64,000 nt of DNA from Acidobacteriota bacterium (GTDB taxonomy: Bacteria; Acidobacteriota; Aminicenantia; UBA2199): assembly GCA_025456205.1 (NCBI GenBank), contig JALOLA010000006.1, positions 10,713 through 74,712 on the forward strand. Direction: 5' to 3'. Both the position numbers and the translations under genes were made by a program. Shown in pieces: positions 51,695-63,642 of the stretch (its first letter is position 1; each line of letters opens with the position of its first letter). The notes beneath the pieces were generated by a model. The model ran no database searches and had not been told where the DNA came from. It saw only the letters and a list, made by a program, of their open reading frames with translations.

Positions 51695-52732
51695 GTGTAC
51701 GTCCTGGGCATCGAAACCTCGTGCGACGAGACGGCCGTGGCCGTGATCGAGAGGGGCGACAATAACGCCGTTCTTGCCGAGGCGATCAAGTCGCAGGACG
51801 AGCTGCACGCGCCCTTCGGCGGCATTGTCCCCGAGATCGCCGCCCGCAGCCATTACGAGGTCATCGACCGCCTCTGCCGCCAGGCGCTGCGCCAGGCCCG
51901 GGTCGATATCGACGAGATCGAGCTCCTGGCCGTTACGCTGGGGCCGGGGCTGGTCGGCTCCCTGCTGGTCGGCCTGGCGTTCGCCAAGGGGCTGGCCATG
52001 GCCCATGAGCTGCCCCTGGTCGCTGTCGACCATATCGCGGCCCATGTCGAGGCGCCGTTCATCAGCCACAAGCACATCGCCTACCCGCTGCTGGCTCTGG
52101 TCGTTTCGGGAGGGCACACCTCGCTGTTTTACCAGGAGGAGAAGTTCGGCGGCCGGGTGATCGCCAAGACCCGGGATGATGCCGCCGGCGAGGTGATGGA
52201 CAAGGTGGCCAAGCATTTCGGACTGGGGTATCCCGGCGGACCGCTGCTGGACGCCCTGTATGAAAAGGGCGATGCCGGGCGCTTCCAGTTCACGCGGCCG
52301 CGCATGAGCGACGGCGGCGATGATTTTTCCTTTTCCGGCTACAAGTCGGCGCTGCTCCGCCAGGCCCAGGAGTTGGGGGTGCAGCCGGGGAGCAAGGACT
52401 TTCATGACCTCCTGTCGTCCTTTCTGGCCGCCCTGGTCGACTACCTGCTGGCCAAGACGCTGGAGGCCGCCGCGCGCCTCCCCGTGCGCTCGCTGCTCGT
52501 GTCGGGAGGCGTCAGCCGCAACTCGCTGCTGCGCCGGCGCTTCGCCGACGCCTGCGCCGCCGCAGGCTTGCCGCTGCACCTGCCCGAACCCCGCTACTGC
52601 ACCGACAACGCCGCCATGATCGCCTGGCTGGGCTATGAGAAATATCTGGCCTTTCCCAACATGAATTATTACGACCTTTTCCTCAATTCCTATTCCCGGG
52701 CGTCATTCAGGGCGAGCCAGCGGCACCGGTAG
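51695..52732 (+). CDS. tsaD: tRNA N6-threonylcarbamoyltransferase
   Basis: LGIETSCDET, GGIVPEIA, HIAAH, VSGGHT, DDAAGE, CTDNAAMI; GTG 51695 after AGGAGG. Confidence 0.95.
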   Translation: MYVLGIETSCDETAVAVIERGDNNAVLAEAIKSQDELHAPFGGIVPEIAARSHYEVIDRLCRQALRQARVDIDEIELLAVTLGPGLVGSLLVGLAFAKGLAMAHELPLVAVDHIAAHVEAPFISHKHIAYPLLALVVSGGHTSLFYQEEKFGGRVIAKTRDDAAGEVMDKVAKHFGLGYPGGPLLDALYEKGDAGRFQFTRPRMSDGGDDFSFSGYKSALLRQAQELGVQPGSKDFHDLLSSFLAALVDYLLAKTLEAAARLPVRSLLVSGGVSRNSLLRRRFADACAAAGLPLHLPEPRYCTDNAAMIAWLGYEKYLAFPNMNYYDLFLNSYSRASFRASQRHR

Positions 52733-52748
52733 CTCGAAGGGGGCCTTC

Positions 52749-52769
52749 GTCACGCGTTACGCGTCACGA
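52749..52769. repeat. Heptamer array GTYACGC between convergent tsaD and pckA
   Basis: gtcacgc gttacgc gtcacga; 19 nt identical to 35368-35386. Confidence 0.75.
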
Positions 52770-52783
52770 TAGTTCGTTGAGGC

Positions 52784-54427
<1,644 letters not shown>

Positions 54428-54544
54428 GGCTTTCTCCTTTTGTTAAGGGAGAAATTATAAGACATCGCGGGCATAAAATCAATCCGCGCGCCCTGGAAGC
54501 TGAAGCCCGGCCCAGGCTTCCTGGGGCGCGGCAGGCGCGGCGCA

Positions 54545-54574
54545 TTGACAAGCATAACCGAAAAATGCTACAAT
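54545..54574 (+). promoter_or_regulatory. sigma70 promoter of rpmE-prfA-prmC
   Basis: TTGACA-N18-TACAAT with extended -10 TG. Confidence 0.7.
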
Positions 54575-54592
54575 CCGACCTGCGGAGGAACC

Positions 54593-54799
54593 ATGAAGAA
54601 AGACATCCATCCCAAATATATGGAATGCACCGTGGTCTGCGCCTGCGGCAACACGTTCAAGACCCGGTCCACCCTGCCCAAGATTGAAGTGGAGATCTGT
54701 TCTTCCTGCCATCCCTTTTTCACCGGCAAGCAGAAGTATGTCGACACCGAAGGCCGGATAGAGAAATTCAAGAAAAAGTATGGCTACAAGGAACAGTGA
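54593..54799 (+). CDS. rpmE: 50S ribosomal protein L31 (Zn-binding type)
   Basis: [21 protein letters not shown]. Confidence 0.97.
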   Translation: MKKDIHPKYMECTVVCACGNTFKTRSTLPKIEVEICSSCHPFFTGKQKYVDTEGRIEKFKKKYGYKEQ

Positions 54800-55886
54800 A
54801 AAGATATTTTCCTATCTCCAGAAGATCCACGACCGCTTTGAGCAGATCAGCGCCGAACTGAGCCAGCCCGAAACCGCCCAGCAGCAAAAAAAATTCCGCG
54901 ATCTTTCCAGGGAACTTTTCTCCCTCAAGCCGCTGGAGGAAAAATTCCATCCGCTGCGCAGGCTGCTGGAGCGCCGGCGTGACGCCGAGGGATTGCTGGC
55001 CGCCGCCGACGAGAAGGAAATGACCGACCTGGTGCAGGAGGAGATCTCGGCCCTGGACGGGGAGGAAGCGGCGCTGGTCGCCGAGGTCGAGGTGCTGATG
55101 GTCTCGGACCGCGAAGAGGACAGCCGCAACGCTTTTCTGGAGATCCGCGCCGGCGCCGGCGGCGACGAAGCGTCGCTTTTCGCCGGCGACCTGCTGCGCA
55201 TGTACATGCGCGTGGCCGAGAGGAAAAAATGGAAGGCCGAGGTCATCTCCACCACCTATTCGGGCATCGGCGGCATCAAGGAGGTCATCCTCTACGTCAA
55301 GGGCACCGAGGTGAACAAGTTCCTCAAGTTCGAGAGCGGCGTGCACCGCGTGCAGCGCGTCCCGGCGACGGAAGCCTCGGGCCGCATCCATACCTCGACC
55401 GTGACCGTGGCCGTGCTGCCCGAGGTCGAGGACGTCGAGGTCGACTTCAATCCCAAGGACATCCGCATCGACACCTACGCAGCCTCGGGCCCCGGCGGCC
55501 AGCATGTCAACAAGACCGAGTCGGCCATCCGCGTCACCCACACCCCCTCCGGCATCGTGGTCACCTGCCAGGACGAGAAATCGCAGCACAAGAACAAGGA
55601 AAAAGCGCTCAAGGTCCTGAAGGCCAGGCTTTACGAGCACGAGAAGAGCAAGCAGAACGAATCGATCGCCCAGAGCCGCAAGTCCCAGGTGGGCTCGGGC
55701 GAGCGCTCGGAGAAGATCCGCACCTACAATTTCCCCCAGAATCGCGTGACCGACCACCGCGTCAGCGGCCGCAACTTCAACGTCGGCTTCATCATCGACG
55801 GCGACCTGGACGCCCTGGTGGCCGACCTGACCGAAAGCCACGTGCGCGCCCGCATCGACGAGAAGATCAAGAGCCTGATCGCCTAG
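54780..55886 (+). CDS. prfA: Peptide chain release factor 1
   Basis: PAT anticodon tripeptide, [12 protein letters not shown]. Confidence 0.96.
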   Translation: MATRNSEKIFSYLQKIHDRFEQISAELSQPETAQQQKKFRDLSRELFSLKPLEEKFHPLRRLLERRRDAEGLLAAADEKEMTDLVQEEISALDGEEAALVAEVEVLMVSDREEDSRNAFLEIRAGAGGDEASLFAGDLLRMYMRVAERKKWKAEVISTTYSGIGGIKEVILYVKGTEVNKFLKFESGVHRVQRVPATEASGRIHTSTVTVAVLPEVEDVEVDFNPKDIRIDTYAASGPGGQHVNKTESAIRVTHTPSGIVVTCQDEKSQHKNKEKALKVLKARLYEHEKSKQNESIAQSRKSQVGSGERSEKIRTYNFPQNRVTDHRVSGRNFNVGFIIDGDLDALVADLTESHVRARIDEKIKSLIA

Positions 55887-56719
55887 TGCTCTACTCCGAC
55901 CTCTTCGCCTGGGCCCTGCGCCGATGCGCCGGGAACGAGCTGCCCACCGCCATCGAGGTCCTGATCGAGGACTCTTTCTCCCTCAGCCGCAGCCGCTTCT
56001 GGATCCAGAAGAACCAGGTCATCCGCGACGCCAAAGGCGTGCGCCGCTTCCGGCGCCGGCTGCGGCGCCTGCTCGCCGGCGAGCCGCTGGCCTACATCCT
56101 GCGCGAGAAGGAATTCTTCGGCCACGCCTTCGCCGTGTCCCCGGCCGTGCTCGTCCCCAGGCCGGAGACCGAGCTGCTGGTCGAAAAGGCCCTGGAGCTC
56201 CTGGGCGGGAAGGCGGCTCGCGTCCTGGATATCGGCGCCGGCAGCGGCTGCATTGCCATCTCCATCGCCCTGCATGCGCCGGTGGCGGTCACAGCCCTGG
56301 AAAAGAGCCGGCCGGCGCTGCGCGTCCTCAAGAGGAACATCGAACGCTTCAAGCTGCTGGAAAGGGTGCACCCGCAGGCGGGCGACCTCTTTCCCCCTGC
56401 CGGCGAGCCCTATGAAATGATCGTCGCCAATCCCCCCTATCTCTCGCGGGGCGACTTGCGGCAGGCGCCGCGCAGCGTCCGCTTCTTCGAGCCGGCAGAA
56501 GCGCTGGTGGCGGGCGCGAAAGGCACCGAGGCGCTCGAGCGGATCATCGCCGGAGCCCCGCGCCAACTGGCCCCGGGCGGCCGTCTTCTGCTCGAGATCG
56601 GCCAGGGTCAGCGTCGCTCGGTGAGTGCTTTCCTGAAAGCCGCGGGGTTGCGCGAGGTCGAATGTGTTCGTGACTATGCCGGCATCGAGCGGGTGATTGT
56701 CGCTCAAAAAGACCGTTAA
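55886..56719 (+). CDS. prmC: Release factor glutamine methyltransferase
   Basis: EPLAYI, PRPETE, LDIGAGSG, NPPY, EIG; GTG start overlapping the prfA stop. Confidence 0.92.
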   Translation: MLYSDLFAWALRRCAGNELPTAIEVLIEDSFSLSRSRFWIQKNQVIRDAKGVRRFRRRLRRLLAGEPLAYILREKEFFGHAFAVSPAVLVPRPETELLVEKALELLGGKAARVLDIGAGSGCIAISIALHAPVAVTALEKSRPALRVLKRNIERFKLLERVHPQAGDLFPPAGEPYEMIVANPPYLSRGDLRQAPRSVRFFEPAEALVAGAKGTEALERIIAGAPRQLAPGGRLLLEIGQGQRRSVSAFLKAAGLREVECVRDYAGIERVIVAQKDR

Positions 56720-56729
56720 GCTGGCTTTT

Positions 56730-56764
56730 CTTCAACTTCGAACTTCGAACCTTGAACGCCGAAC
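56730..56764 (-). repeat. Heptamer array GTTCRRN immediately after the glmU-like stop
   Basis: Minus strand: taa gttcggc gttcaag gttcgaa gttcgaa gttgaag. Confidence 0.7.
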
Positions 56765-57850
56765 TTATTTCTTTCTTTTTCTTAAAACCCAGCCCTTGAT
56801 GTTCTTCTGGCGCATGCGGGCAACGGCCAACGCGTGGCGAGGCACGTCCTCGGTGATGGTGGATCCGGCGCCGACATAGCTGTCGCTATTGACGGTCAGC
56901 GGGGCGACCAGTTCCGTGCCCGAGCCGATGAAGACGTTGTCGCCGATGCGCGTGGGGTTCTTTTTCCGGCCGTCGTAGTTGCAGGTGATGGTGCCGGCAC
57001 CGATATTGACCTTGCGGCCCACGGTGGCGTCGCCGATGTAGGATAGGTGCATGGCCTTGGAGCCCCGGCCCAGCACGCTCTTTTTCATTTCGACGAAATT
57101 GCCCATCTTGGCGCCCCGGCGGACCAGCGAGCCGTTGCGCAGGTGGCAGTAAGGGCCCAGCTGCACGTCTTTTTCCAGGGCGGAATCGCGGATGACCGAA
57201 CCGGGCAGGATGACGCAGCCGTCGTCTATGCGGGAATTTTCGATGAAGCAATTGGGGTAGAGGATGACGTTCCTGCCGATACGGCATTCGCCCCTGATGA
57301 CGACGCCGGAGGCGATCAGGCAACCCCTGCCGATGACTGGCAGCCCCTCCAGGTAAAAATTGCCGCGGTTCTCGACGCGCACGCCGTTGTTCTGCAGCCA
57401 GCGGAGCTGCATGCCGGTCACGGCGGCCTCGATCGCCAGCGGTTCGTGCCGCGGATCGAGGAGGGTGATCCCCGCTCTTATTTCCAGGGGGCGAACGGCG
57501 GGCAGGGCGCGCAGCCTGGCAAAGACCCCCGCTTTCAGCCCGAGGCCGTTTTTCTTCAGGAAATCCGGAGAAACGATGAAAAATGGCTTGCCGGAAGGGG
57601 AATAACAGGCGTCGGTGCCGCAGTCGAGGTTGCGGACGCGGCGCTGCAGCTCGCGTCTGCCGGCATCGTCAAGAAGCGGCAGCATGTTGCCCGAGAAGAT
57701 AAATACCAGCGTAAGGCGGCGGATGGGGCGGGGATGGCTCGCAAAACGGCAAAAGGGAAAAGCCTGCTCGAGCCAGAAGGCCAGGTCCCTGCCGCGGAAC
57801 AGATCGTTGCCGGCGCGGGGCCGGGAATGGTCGACGAAAGCGGCGTTCAT
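56765..57850 (-). CDS. glmU: GlmU-like protein: intact acetyltransferase beta-helix, unrecognisable N-terminal domain
   Basis: [37 protein letters not shown]; no LAAGxGTRM motif; ATG 57850. Confidence 0.7.
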   Translation of the reverse strand: MNAAFVDHSRPRAGNDLFRGRDLAFWLEQAFPFCRFASHPRPIRRLTLVFIFSGNMLPLLDDAGRRELQRRVRNLDCGTDACYSPSGKPFFIVSPDFLKKNGLGLKAGVFARLRALPAVRPLEIRAGITLLDPRHEPLAIEAAVTGMQLRWLQNNGVRVENRGNFYLEGLPVIGRGCLIASGVVIRGECRIGRNVILYPNCFIENSRIDDGCVILPGSVIRDSALEKDVQLGPYCHLRNGSLVRRGAKMGNFVEMKKSVLGRGSKAMHLSYIGDATVGRKVNIGAGTITCNYDGRKKNPTRIGDNVFIGSGTELVAPLTVNSDSYVGAGSTITEDVPRHALAVARMRQKNIKGWVLRKRKK

Positions 57851-58356
57851 TCCACCAGTTTCAGGAAATCCGGGTTCTGGTGCAGGGGCTCGAAATCGGG
57901 CTCGTTGTAGATGAGCACCTTGTAGCTTTCGTCCTTTTTCAGGCATTTATCGACGTAGCGCAGGGCGCCGGCCGTATCCTCCTGGCGCAGGTAGGCGGCG
58001 GCCATGAGGTAGTAGAGAAAGGCGTCGCGGCAGTTGTTCTTTTCGGCGTGGGCGAAGTGTTCCTGGGCTTTCTCGACGTGGCCGGCATTCAGCTGAAAAA
58101 CGCCTTCCCAGACGTGATCCTGGGCGCTTTCCAGCTTGAGCTTCACGGGATGGGCCTGGGCATGGGCGATGCTCTGGAAAACCTTGGCCCTGGTCTGGAT
58201 CTCCAGCACGCTGTAGAATTCAGAGTCCTTATAGGCGTCGACGACCTTGGTGAAGCCATCGCCGGCCTTGACATAGTTCTTTTTATGGAAGGACTGCAGC
58301 GCCTTCTCGAATTCTTCGCTGATGGCCTGCAATTCCTTTTCTTCTTTCAGTTTCAT
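57847..58356 (-). CDS. TPR-like helical protein
   Basis: TPR-like helices ending [12 protein letters not shown]; ATG 58356. Confidence 0.7.
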   Translation of the reverse strand: MKLKEEKELQAISEEFEKALQSFHKKNYVKAGDGFTKVVDAYKDSEFYSVLEIQTRAKVFQSIAHAQAHPVKLKLESAQDHVWEGVFQLNAGHVEKAQEHFAHAEKNNCRDAFLYYLMAAAYLRQEDTAGALRYVDKCLKKDESYKVLIYNEPDFEPLHQNPDFLKLVE

Positions 58357-58487
58357 GGCTGGGTGAACCTCCGGGGCCCTATTGTACATCTTTCCGGCAT
58401 TATTTTCAACTGTTGCCGATCCAGCGGCAAAATCGGGGATAAAACGCTCCCCGGCGTACGAGGCAGGGAAGGAAGCGGGAGATGGGG

Positions 58488-58907
58488 CTAGTTGCCGCTC
58501 TTGTAGCGCTCGGGAATGACGCCGAGGACCTCGATGCCCGCGCCCTTGGCGATGTCGATGATGCGCAGCACGTCCTGGTAGTTGAGGGTCTCGTCAGCGC
58601 GGATGAAGATGGTCTTGTCGGTGCGGGTCTGGTAGAGGTCGCGGAGGGTGTTTTCCAGCAGGGTCATTTCAACCTGGTCCTGGTTGATCTTGACGGTGCG
58701 GTCGCTTTCAAGGGTCAGCACGATGCCGCGCGAGTCACCGCCGCCGCCCTCGCCGGCCTGCTGGGTCTCGGGGAGCTTGACATCGATCCCTTTCTGCATG
58801 ACGGGGGTGATGACCATGAAAATGATCAGCAGCACGAGCAGGATATCGCAAAGGGGAACAACGTTGGGTTCGTATTTTTGTTTGCTGGCACCAATGTCAA
58901 CACTCAT
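58488..58907 (-). CDS. exbD: Biopolymer transporter ExbD/TolR
   Basis: NVVPLCDILLVLLIIFMV, FIRAD, AG; own TTGACA-N17-TACATT promoter at 58933-58961. Confidence 0.88.
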   Translation of the reverse strand: MSVDIGASKQKYEPNVVPLCDILLVLLIIFMVITPVMQKGIDVKLPETQQAGEGGGGDSRGIVLTLESDRTVKINQDQVEMTLLENTLRDLYQTRTDKTIFIRADETLNYQDVLRIIDIAKGAGIEVLGVIPERYKSGN

Positions 58908-59052
58908 GCGGACCTCCTCGATTGTAGAGTGTAATGTAGCAAAGAAAAAGAATGTTGTCAAGTGTCCATGTTAAAATATCGTCCCGGACCCGGCCAACAG
59001 GGGCGTGCCGGGAAAATTTGGAAAATTTTGTTTTTTAGGTTATATTGGTCAC

Positions 59053-60747
59053 ATGGCACGCAATACATTCCTCAAGGAAAACACGATCAATTGCCTTTTG
59101 GAGACCAGCGTCGAGCGCTTTGGAACGCGCCCCGCCCTGGGCATGGCCCTGGAAACGCCGCTGTCCTACAGCGAGCTTTTCTCCCAGGTCAGCAACATGG
59201 CCGCGGTGCTGAAAAAGCAGGGGGTGCGCAAGGGGGACCGGGTGGCCATCCTCGGCGAGAATTCCCCCAACTGGTGCATCGCCTGCCTGGCATCGATGCG
59301 CATCGGTGCCATCGTCGTGCCGGTCCTTCCCGATTTCCCCGAGGCCGACATTCACCACATCCTCCTCGATTCGGAGGCCAAGATCCTTTTCACCACCCAG
59401 CGGCAAGTGGAAAAGGTGCTGGGCCTACGCGAGCACAAGCTGCTGGCGGTGATCACCCTCGACGACTTCAGTGCCGAATCGGACCTGCTGACCGTGGAGC
59501 CCATCTCCAAGTTCGTCGAGAAGGCGCGGAATTTCCTGCGCCAGATCCCCGACAAGATCGGCCTGAAATCGACAGCCGTCGGCGCCGACGACGTGGCCTC
59601 CATCATCTACACCTCGGGGACGTCAGGGCATTCCAAGGCCGTCCTGCTCACCCATGGGAATTTCATCGCCAACGTACTGACCACCTCCAACTACCTGCTC
59701 GAGATCCAGCCCGGCTGGACCTTCCTCTCCATCCTGCCCCTCTCCCACACCTATGAGTTCACCCTGGGCTTCCTCTTCCCCCTGCTCAACGGCTCGCGCA
59801 TCGCCTACGTGGGGAAGACCCCGACCCCGAGCATCCTGGAAAAGATCTGCAAGGTGGAAAAGCCAGAGGTCATCGCGGCCGTGCCGCTGATCATGGAGAA
59901 GATCTACAAGAAAAAGGTGCTGGCCGCCTTCGAAAAAAAATTCATCCTCAAGCTCATCGCCAAGGTCCCGGGCCTGAAGCTGCGGATCTACCGCAAGATC
60001 GCCGACAAGCTGGTGGAATTCTTCGGCGGCGAGCTGAAGACCATGGCCATCGGCGGCGCGGCGATCAACCGCGAGGCGGAGATGTTCCTGAAGAAGTCGG
60101 GCTTCCCCTACCTGATCGGCTACGGCCTGACCGAGTCGGCGCCGCTGCTGGCCGGCGGCCCCTGGGCCGACCCGACCATCGCCGTGGGCTCGACCGGCAA
60201 GCCTATCCCCGGGGTGGAGATCCGCATCGCCGACCCCGATCCCAAGACGGGCATCGGCGAGATCCTGGCCCGCGGGCCCAACATCATGCAGGGCTACTAC
60301 AACAACCCCCAGGCCACGCGCGAGGCGCTGGATGACGAAGGCTGGCTCCATACCGGCGACCTGGGCAACTTCGACAAGGCGAACAACCTCTTTATCCGCG
60401 GCCGCTCCAAGAACATGATCCTGAAGTCCAACGGCGAGAACATCTATCCCGAGGCCATCGAGGACAAGATCAATTCCTGCATCCACGTGATGGAATCGCT
60501 GGTCATGGAGGTCAACGGGCAGCTGGAGGCCTGGGTCTACCTGGACTATGACCTGATCGACGAGGAGACCCGGGGCCGCAACCAGCAGCAGAAACTGGAA
60601 TACATCGATGAGGTGCTGCTGCGGCTCAAGGAGACCATCAATCCCCAGTTGTCGGCCTTTGCGCAGATCGGGCGCTTCGTCGAGCACAAGGAGCCGTTCG
60701 AGAAGACCGCCACCAGCAAGATCAAGCGCTACCTCTACGCCCACTGA
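59053..60747 (+). CDS. Long-chain acyl-CoA synthetase (AMP-binding)
   Basis: YTSGTSG..K, GYGLTE, GWLHTGDLG, GENIYPE. Confidence 0.92.
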   Translation: MARNTFLKENTINCLLETSVERFGTRPALGMALETPLSYSELFSQVSNMAAVLKKQGVRKGDRVAILGENSPNWCIACLASMRIGAIVVPVLPDFPEADIHHILLDSEAKILFTTQRQVEKVLGLREHKLLAVITLDDFSAESDLLTVEPISKFVEKARNFLRQIPDKIGLKSTAVGADDVASIIYTSGTSGHSKAVLLTHGNFIANVLTTSNYLLEIQPGWTFLSILPLSHTYEFTLGFLFPLLNGSRIAYVGKTPTPSILEKICKVEKPEVIAAVPLIMEKIYKKKVLAAFEKKFILKLIAKVPGLKLRIYRKIADKLVEFFGGELKTMAIGGAAINREAEMFLKKSGFPYLIGYGLTESAPLLAGGPWADPTIAVGSTGKPIPGVEIRIADPDPKTGIGEILARGPNIMQGYYNNPQATREALDDEGWLHTGDLGNFDKANNLFIRGRSKNMILKSNGENIYPEAIEDKINSCIHVMESLVMEVNGQLEAWVYLDYDLIDEETRGRNQQQKLEYIDEVLLRLKETINPQLSAFAQIGRFVEHKEPFEKTATSKIKRYLYAH

Positions 60748-60815
60748 CCCGAACGGGCCAGCCGCCGCTCCTGCGCCGGCTAGCGGCCCGGCGCACCCCC
60801 CGGTCAATTCCCGCC

Positions 60816-61394
60816 CTATTTCTTGATGCGGATGCTCAGCTTGCCGTTCTGCTTGCTGAAGGTGACCCGGGCCTCCACCAGGTTGTTGGTAAGCATCTTG
60901 GCCTTGATGCTCTCGATGATCGCGTCCCGCTCCTTGGCGGACTTGCCGCTTTCCGGGATGAACTCCCGGTACGCGGCGGCGAAGCGCTCGAAGGTCTCCT
61001 CGTCGTTCAGTGTCAGGTAGATCTCGCGCGGGCCGCTTTCGGCCTTGCCGGTCGCGGGCGCCGCGGCCTGGGAGCGCTTCTTTTTCTGCTGCGCCGGCGT
61101 GCCGCATTCCAGTTCGTTCAGCTTTTTCAGCCACATGTTGTTGTAGAGGCTGAAGCGCTGGGCCAGGTTCTGGATGATCATGTCCATCCGGGCCGTTTTG
61201 GAGCCGCCGTAGACCATTTTGCGCACGGCTTTTTCCAGGTCCTCGCGCTTTTTTTCCGGGGGCAGCTTGGTATCGCCGTTGAAGAAAAGGATGTATTCGG
61301 CTTTCAGGTCGTCGATCTTTTTTTCCAGGTCGGCGATCTGCTTCTCGGTGGTGGTCGAGCCCGGGTTCAAGCGGTCATCCAGAGGCATGTTCAC
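60816..61394 (-). CDS. MXAN_5187 C-terminal-domain-like protein
   Basis: L..LK.EY..FF.G..K.PP, RF..Y...W.K.L.E.E.G and terminal V.F....GK..I pattern recognised by eye. Confidence 0.55.
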   Translation of the reverse strand: MNMPLDDRLNPGSTTTEKQIADLEKKIDDLKAEYILFFNGDTKLPPEKKREDLEKAVRKMVYGGSKTARMDMIIQNLAQRFSLYNNMWLKKLNELECGTPAQQKKKRSQAAAPATGKAESGPREIYLTLNDEETFERFAAAYREFIPESGKSAKERDAIIESIKAKMLTNNLVEARVTFSKQNGKLSIRIKK

Positions 61395-61440
61395 CTGCCT
61401 CGGCCCGATCCGTCCCGGCTGGCGCCTTTTTATCTTTCAT

Positions 61441-62508
61441 TCAATAGGTTCTGGCCGCTTCCTGGCCGTCCAGGACCCGGCGGACGCCCTCGGCCAGGGC
61501 CTGCATTTCGTCCTCTCCCGGATACACGTGGACCGGGGCGATGAAGCCGACGCGGCGGCGGATCAACTCGGTGAAGAACTCATTGAAGGCGATGCCGCCG
61601 GTGATGATGATGGCGTCGACCTTGCCCTCGGCCACGGTGGCCAGCCCGCCGGCCTCCTTGGCCACCTGGTAGGCCATGGCCTGAACCACCTCCATGGTCT
61701 GGGCATCGCCCGCCAGGTACTTCTCCCTGATCTTCAGGAAATCCTTGGAGCCCAGGTAGGAGAACAGGCCGCCGTTGCCGAAGACCATTTTTTCGAATTC
61801 CTTGAACTCCAGGCGCTGATCGCAGATATAGCGCGCCACCTGCAGCAGGGGCAAGCCGCCGCTGCGGTCCATGGAAAAGGGGCCCTCCTCGGAGGGGTTC
61901 ACGGCGTCGATCATGCGGCCGTTGCGGTGCAGCGAGAGCGAGTTGCCCGTCCCCAGGTGGATGACCAGCAGCGTGACCGCCTCATAGCGCAGTTTCTGCT
62001 CGGCGCAGAAGCGCTTGGCCACGGCCTTCATGTTCAGGGCATGGGTGAGCATCACCCGGCTGAACAGGCGGTGGCCGGAATAGCGCGCCAGGGGCTCGGC
62101 CTCGTCCACCGACACCGGGTCGACGATATAGCAGGTGATGCCCAGCCTGGTCCCCAGGGAGAAGCCGATCTGGGCGGCCAGGTTGGAGGCGTGCGATCCC
62201 TGCCGGGCCGCGACCAGGTCGTCGACCATCCTCTGGTCGACGACATAGGTGCCGCTGGCCAGGGGCTTGAGCAGGCCGCCGCGGGCGGCCACGGCGCGAA
62301 TGGCGCCGGGATCGATCGCCTTGTCGTGCAGGAAATCGAGGATGAGGCCCTCGCGGAAATCCTTCTGCGCATTGATGTCGGGAAAGCGCGAAAGCTCTTC
62401 GTCGGCATGCTTGATCGCCGCCGCGCAGACGGGAGCCGTGCCGTCGTAGACCGCCACCTTCGTCGAGGTGTTGCCGGGATTGATGACCAGGATGAGTTGC
62501 TGTGGCAT
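61441..62508 (-). CDS. buk: Butyrate kinase
   Basis: INPGNTSTK, RGGLLKP, HASNL, DPVSVDE, HALN, YPGEDEM. Confidence 0.93.
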   Translation of the reverse strand: MPQQLILVINPGNTSTKVAVYDGTAPVCAAAIKHADEELSRFPDINAQKDFREGLILDFLHDKAIDPGAIRAVAARGGLLKPLASGTYVVDQRMVDDLVAARQGSHASNLAAQIGFSLGTRLGITCYIVDPVSVDEAEPLARYSGHRLFSRVMLTHALNMKAVAKRFCAEQKLRYEAVTLLVIHLGTGNSLSLHRNGRMIDAVNPSEEGPFSMDRSGGLPLLQVARYICDQRLEFKEFEKMVFGNGGLFSYLGSKDFLKIREKYLAGDAQTMEVVQAMAYQVAKEAGGLATVAEGKVDAIIITGGIAFNEFFTELIRRRVGFIAPVHVYPGEDEMQALAEGVRRVLDGQEAARTY

Positions 62509-62515
62509 CGTGACC

Positions 62516-63391
62516 TCAGATGCGGGACTGGATGTATTTGCCGATGATGAGTTCCAGCTTTTTGTAGGTCCGCTCCGGGATCATGATCGGGGCGGTGATG
62601 ATGGAGGCGGCCAGGGCGCTGGCGCAGGCGCAGGCGTCCCGCTGCCGCGGCAGCTCGCGGATGATGCCGGGCAGCAGCTGCTGGATGCGGGCCATGCCCT
62701 TGTTGAGGTTGGCGATGACCATTTCCACGCTGACCGACTCCTCGCTCTGGTGCCAGCAGTCATAGTCGGTGACGAAGGCCAGGGGCAGGAAGCACATCTC
62801 CAGCTCGCGGGCCAGCTTGGCCTCCAGCGCCTGGGTCATGCCGATCAGCGCATGGCCCATCTGGCGGTTGGCCAGCGACTCGGCGCGGCTGGAGAACTGC
62901 GGTCCCTCCATGTTGCAATAGGTGCCTCCCAGGTGAGCGACCAGTCCCGCTTCGCGGGACAGGCGATAGGCGAGCCGGCCGAGGACGGGGCAGGTGGGGT
63001 CCGCCAGCGCCACGTGGGCCACGATGCCGTCCGCGAAGAACGTCTTCTCGCGCTTGAAGGTCTGGTCGACATACTGGTCGGGAATGACCAGCTCCCCCGG
63101 CTTCAGTTCCTCCTTGAGGGAACCCACGGCGGTGATGGAGATGAGGTGCTCCACCTTCAGCTTCTTCATGGCGAAGAGGTTGGCCCGATAATTCACTTCA
63201 GAGGGATTCAGGCGATGGCCATGGCCGTGGCGCGACAAAAATGCCACCGAGCGGCCGTGCAGCTTGCCCAGCATGAGCTTTTCCGAAGGGGCGCCGAACG
63301 GGGTGCGCAGCTGGACGGCATGGGCTCCCTCCAGCCCCTCCAGCTCATAGAAGCCGCTGCCGCCGATGATGCCGATTTCCGCGTATTCCAT
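62516..63391 (-). CDS. mtnP: S-methyl-5'-thioadenosine phosphorylase
   Basis: IGIIGGSG, RHG..H, EGPQFS, GMT, VTDYDCW. Confidence 0.93.
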   Translation of the reverse strand: MEYAEIGIIGGSGFYELEGLEGAHAVQLRTPFGAPSEKLMLGKLHGRSVAFLSRHGHGHRLNPSEVNYRANLFAMKKLKVEHLISITAVGSLKEELKPGELVIPDQYVDQTFKREKTFFADGIVAHVALADPTCPVLGRLAYRLSREAGLVAHLGGTYCNMEGPQFSSRAESLANRQMGHALIGMTQALEAKLARELEMCFLPLAFVTDYDCWHQSEESVSVEMVIANLNKGMARIQQLLPGIIRELPRQRDACACASALAASIITAPIMIPERTYKKLELIIGKYIQSRI

Positions 63392-63604
63392 GTCATCTCC
63401 TATAAAGCCCGAAGGTTCCCGCCACAGGGATCGTGCCCGCCCTGATTATCAGAAAAACCGCCGCGAATGTCAACTGCCTTCCGGGCAATCGCCGACGCTC
63501 CGCCGTCTAACCGGTTGCGGCGGCAGGGGGGCGCGGCATGCAGCTGGTTTTTACGGAAAGCCTTGTTCTTTCGCAGAAAACGGGAGTGAAGTTCGTTCGC
63601 CTGC

Positions 63605-63635
63605 TTGACAGGCGGCGGGTGTTACTGGGTATAAT
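63605..63635 (+). promoter_or_regulatory. sigma70 promoter of the ECF sigma gene (probably leaderless)
   Basis: TTGACA-N19-TATAAT, 7 nt before ATG 63643. Confidence 0.65.
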
Positions 63636-63642
63636 CGGGGTC

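Noticed and set aside
51604-51695. Cobalamin or other riboswitch ahead of the TonB receptor
   Set aside because: Intergenic gap of ~90 nt is shared with tsaD, too short, and has no conserved box
54484-54540. GC-rich inverted repeat between pckA and rpmE as a REP/ncRNA
   Set aside because: Imperfect and single copy in the window; plausible by chance at this GC content
55229-55885. Long N-terminal extension or prfA-prmC fusion
   Set aside because: Alternate frame over prfA; PrmC similarity begins at GTG 55886 and prfA has a normal stop
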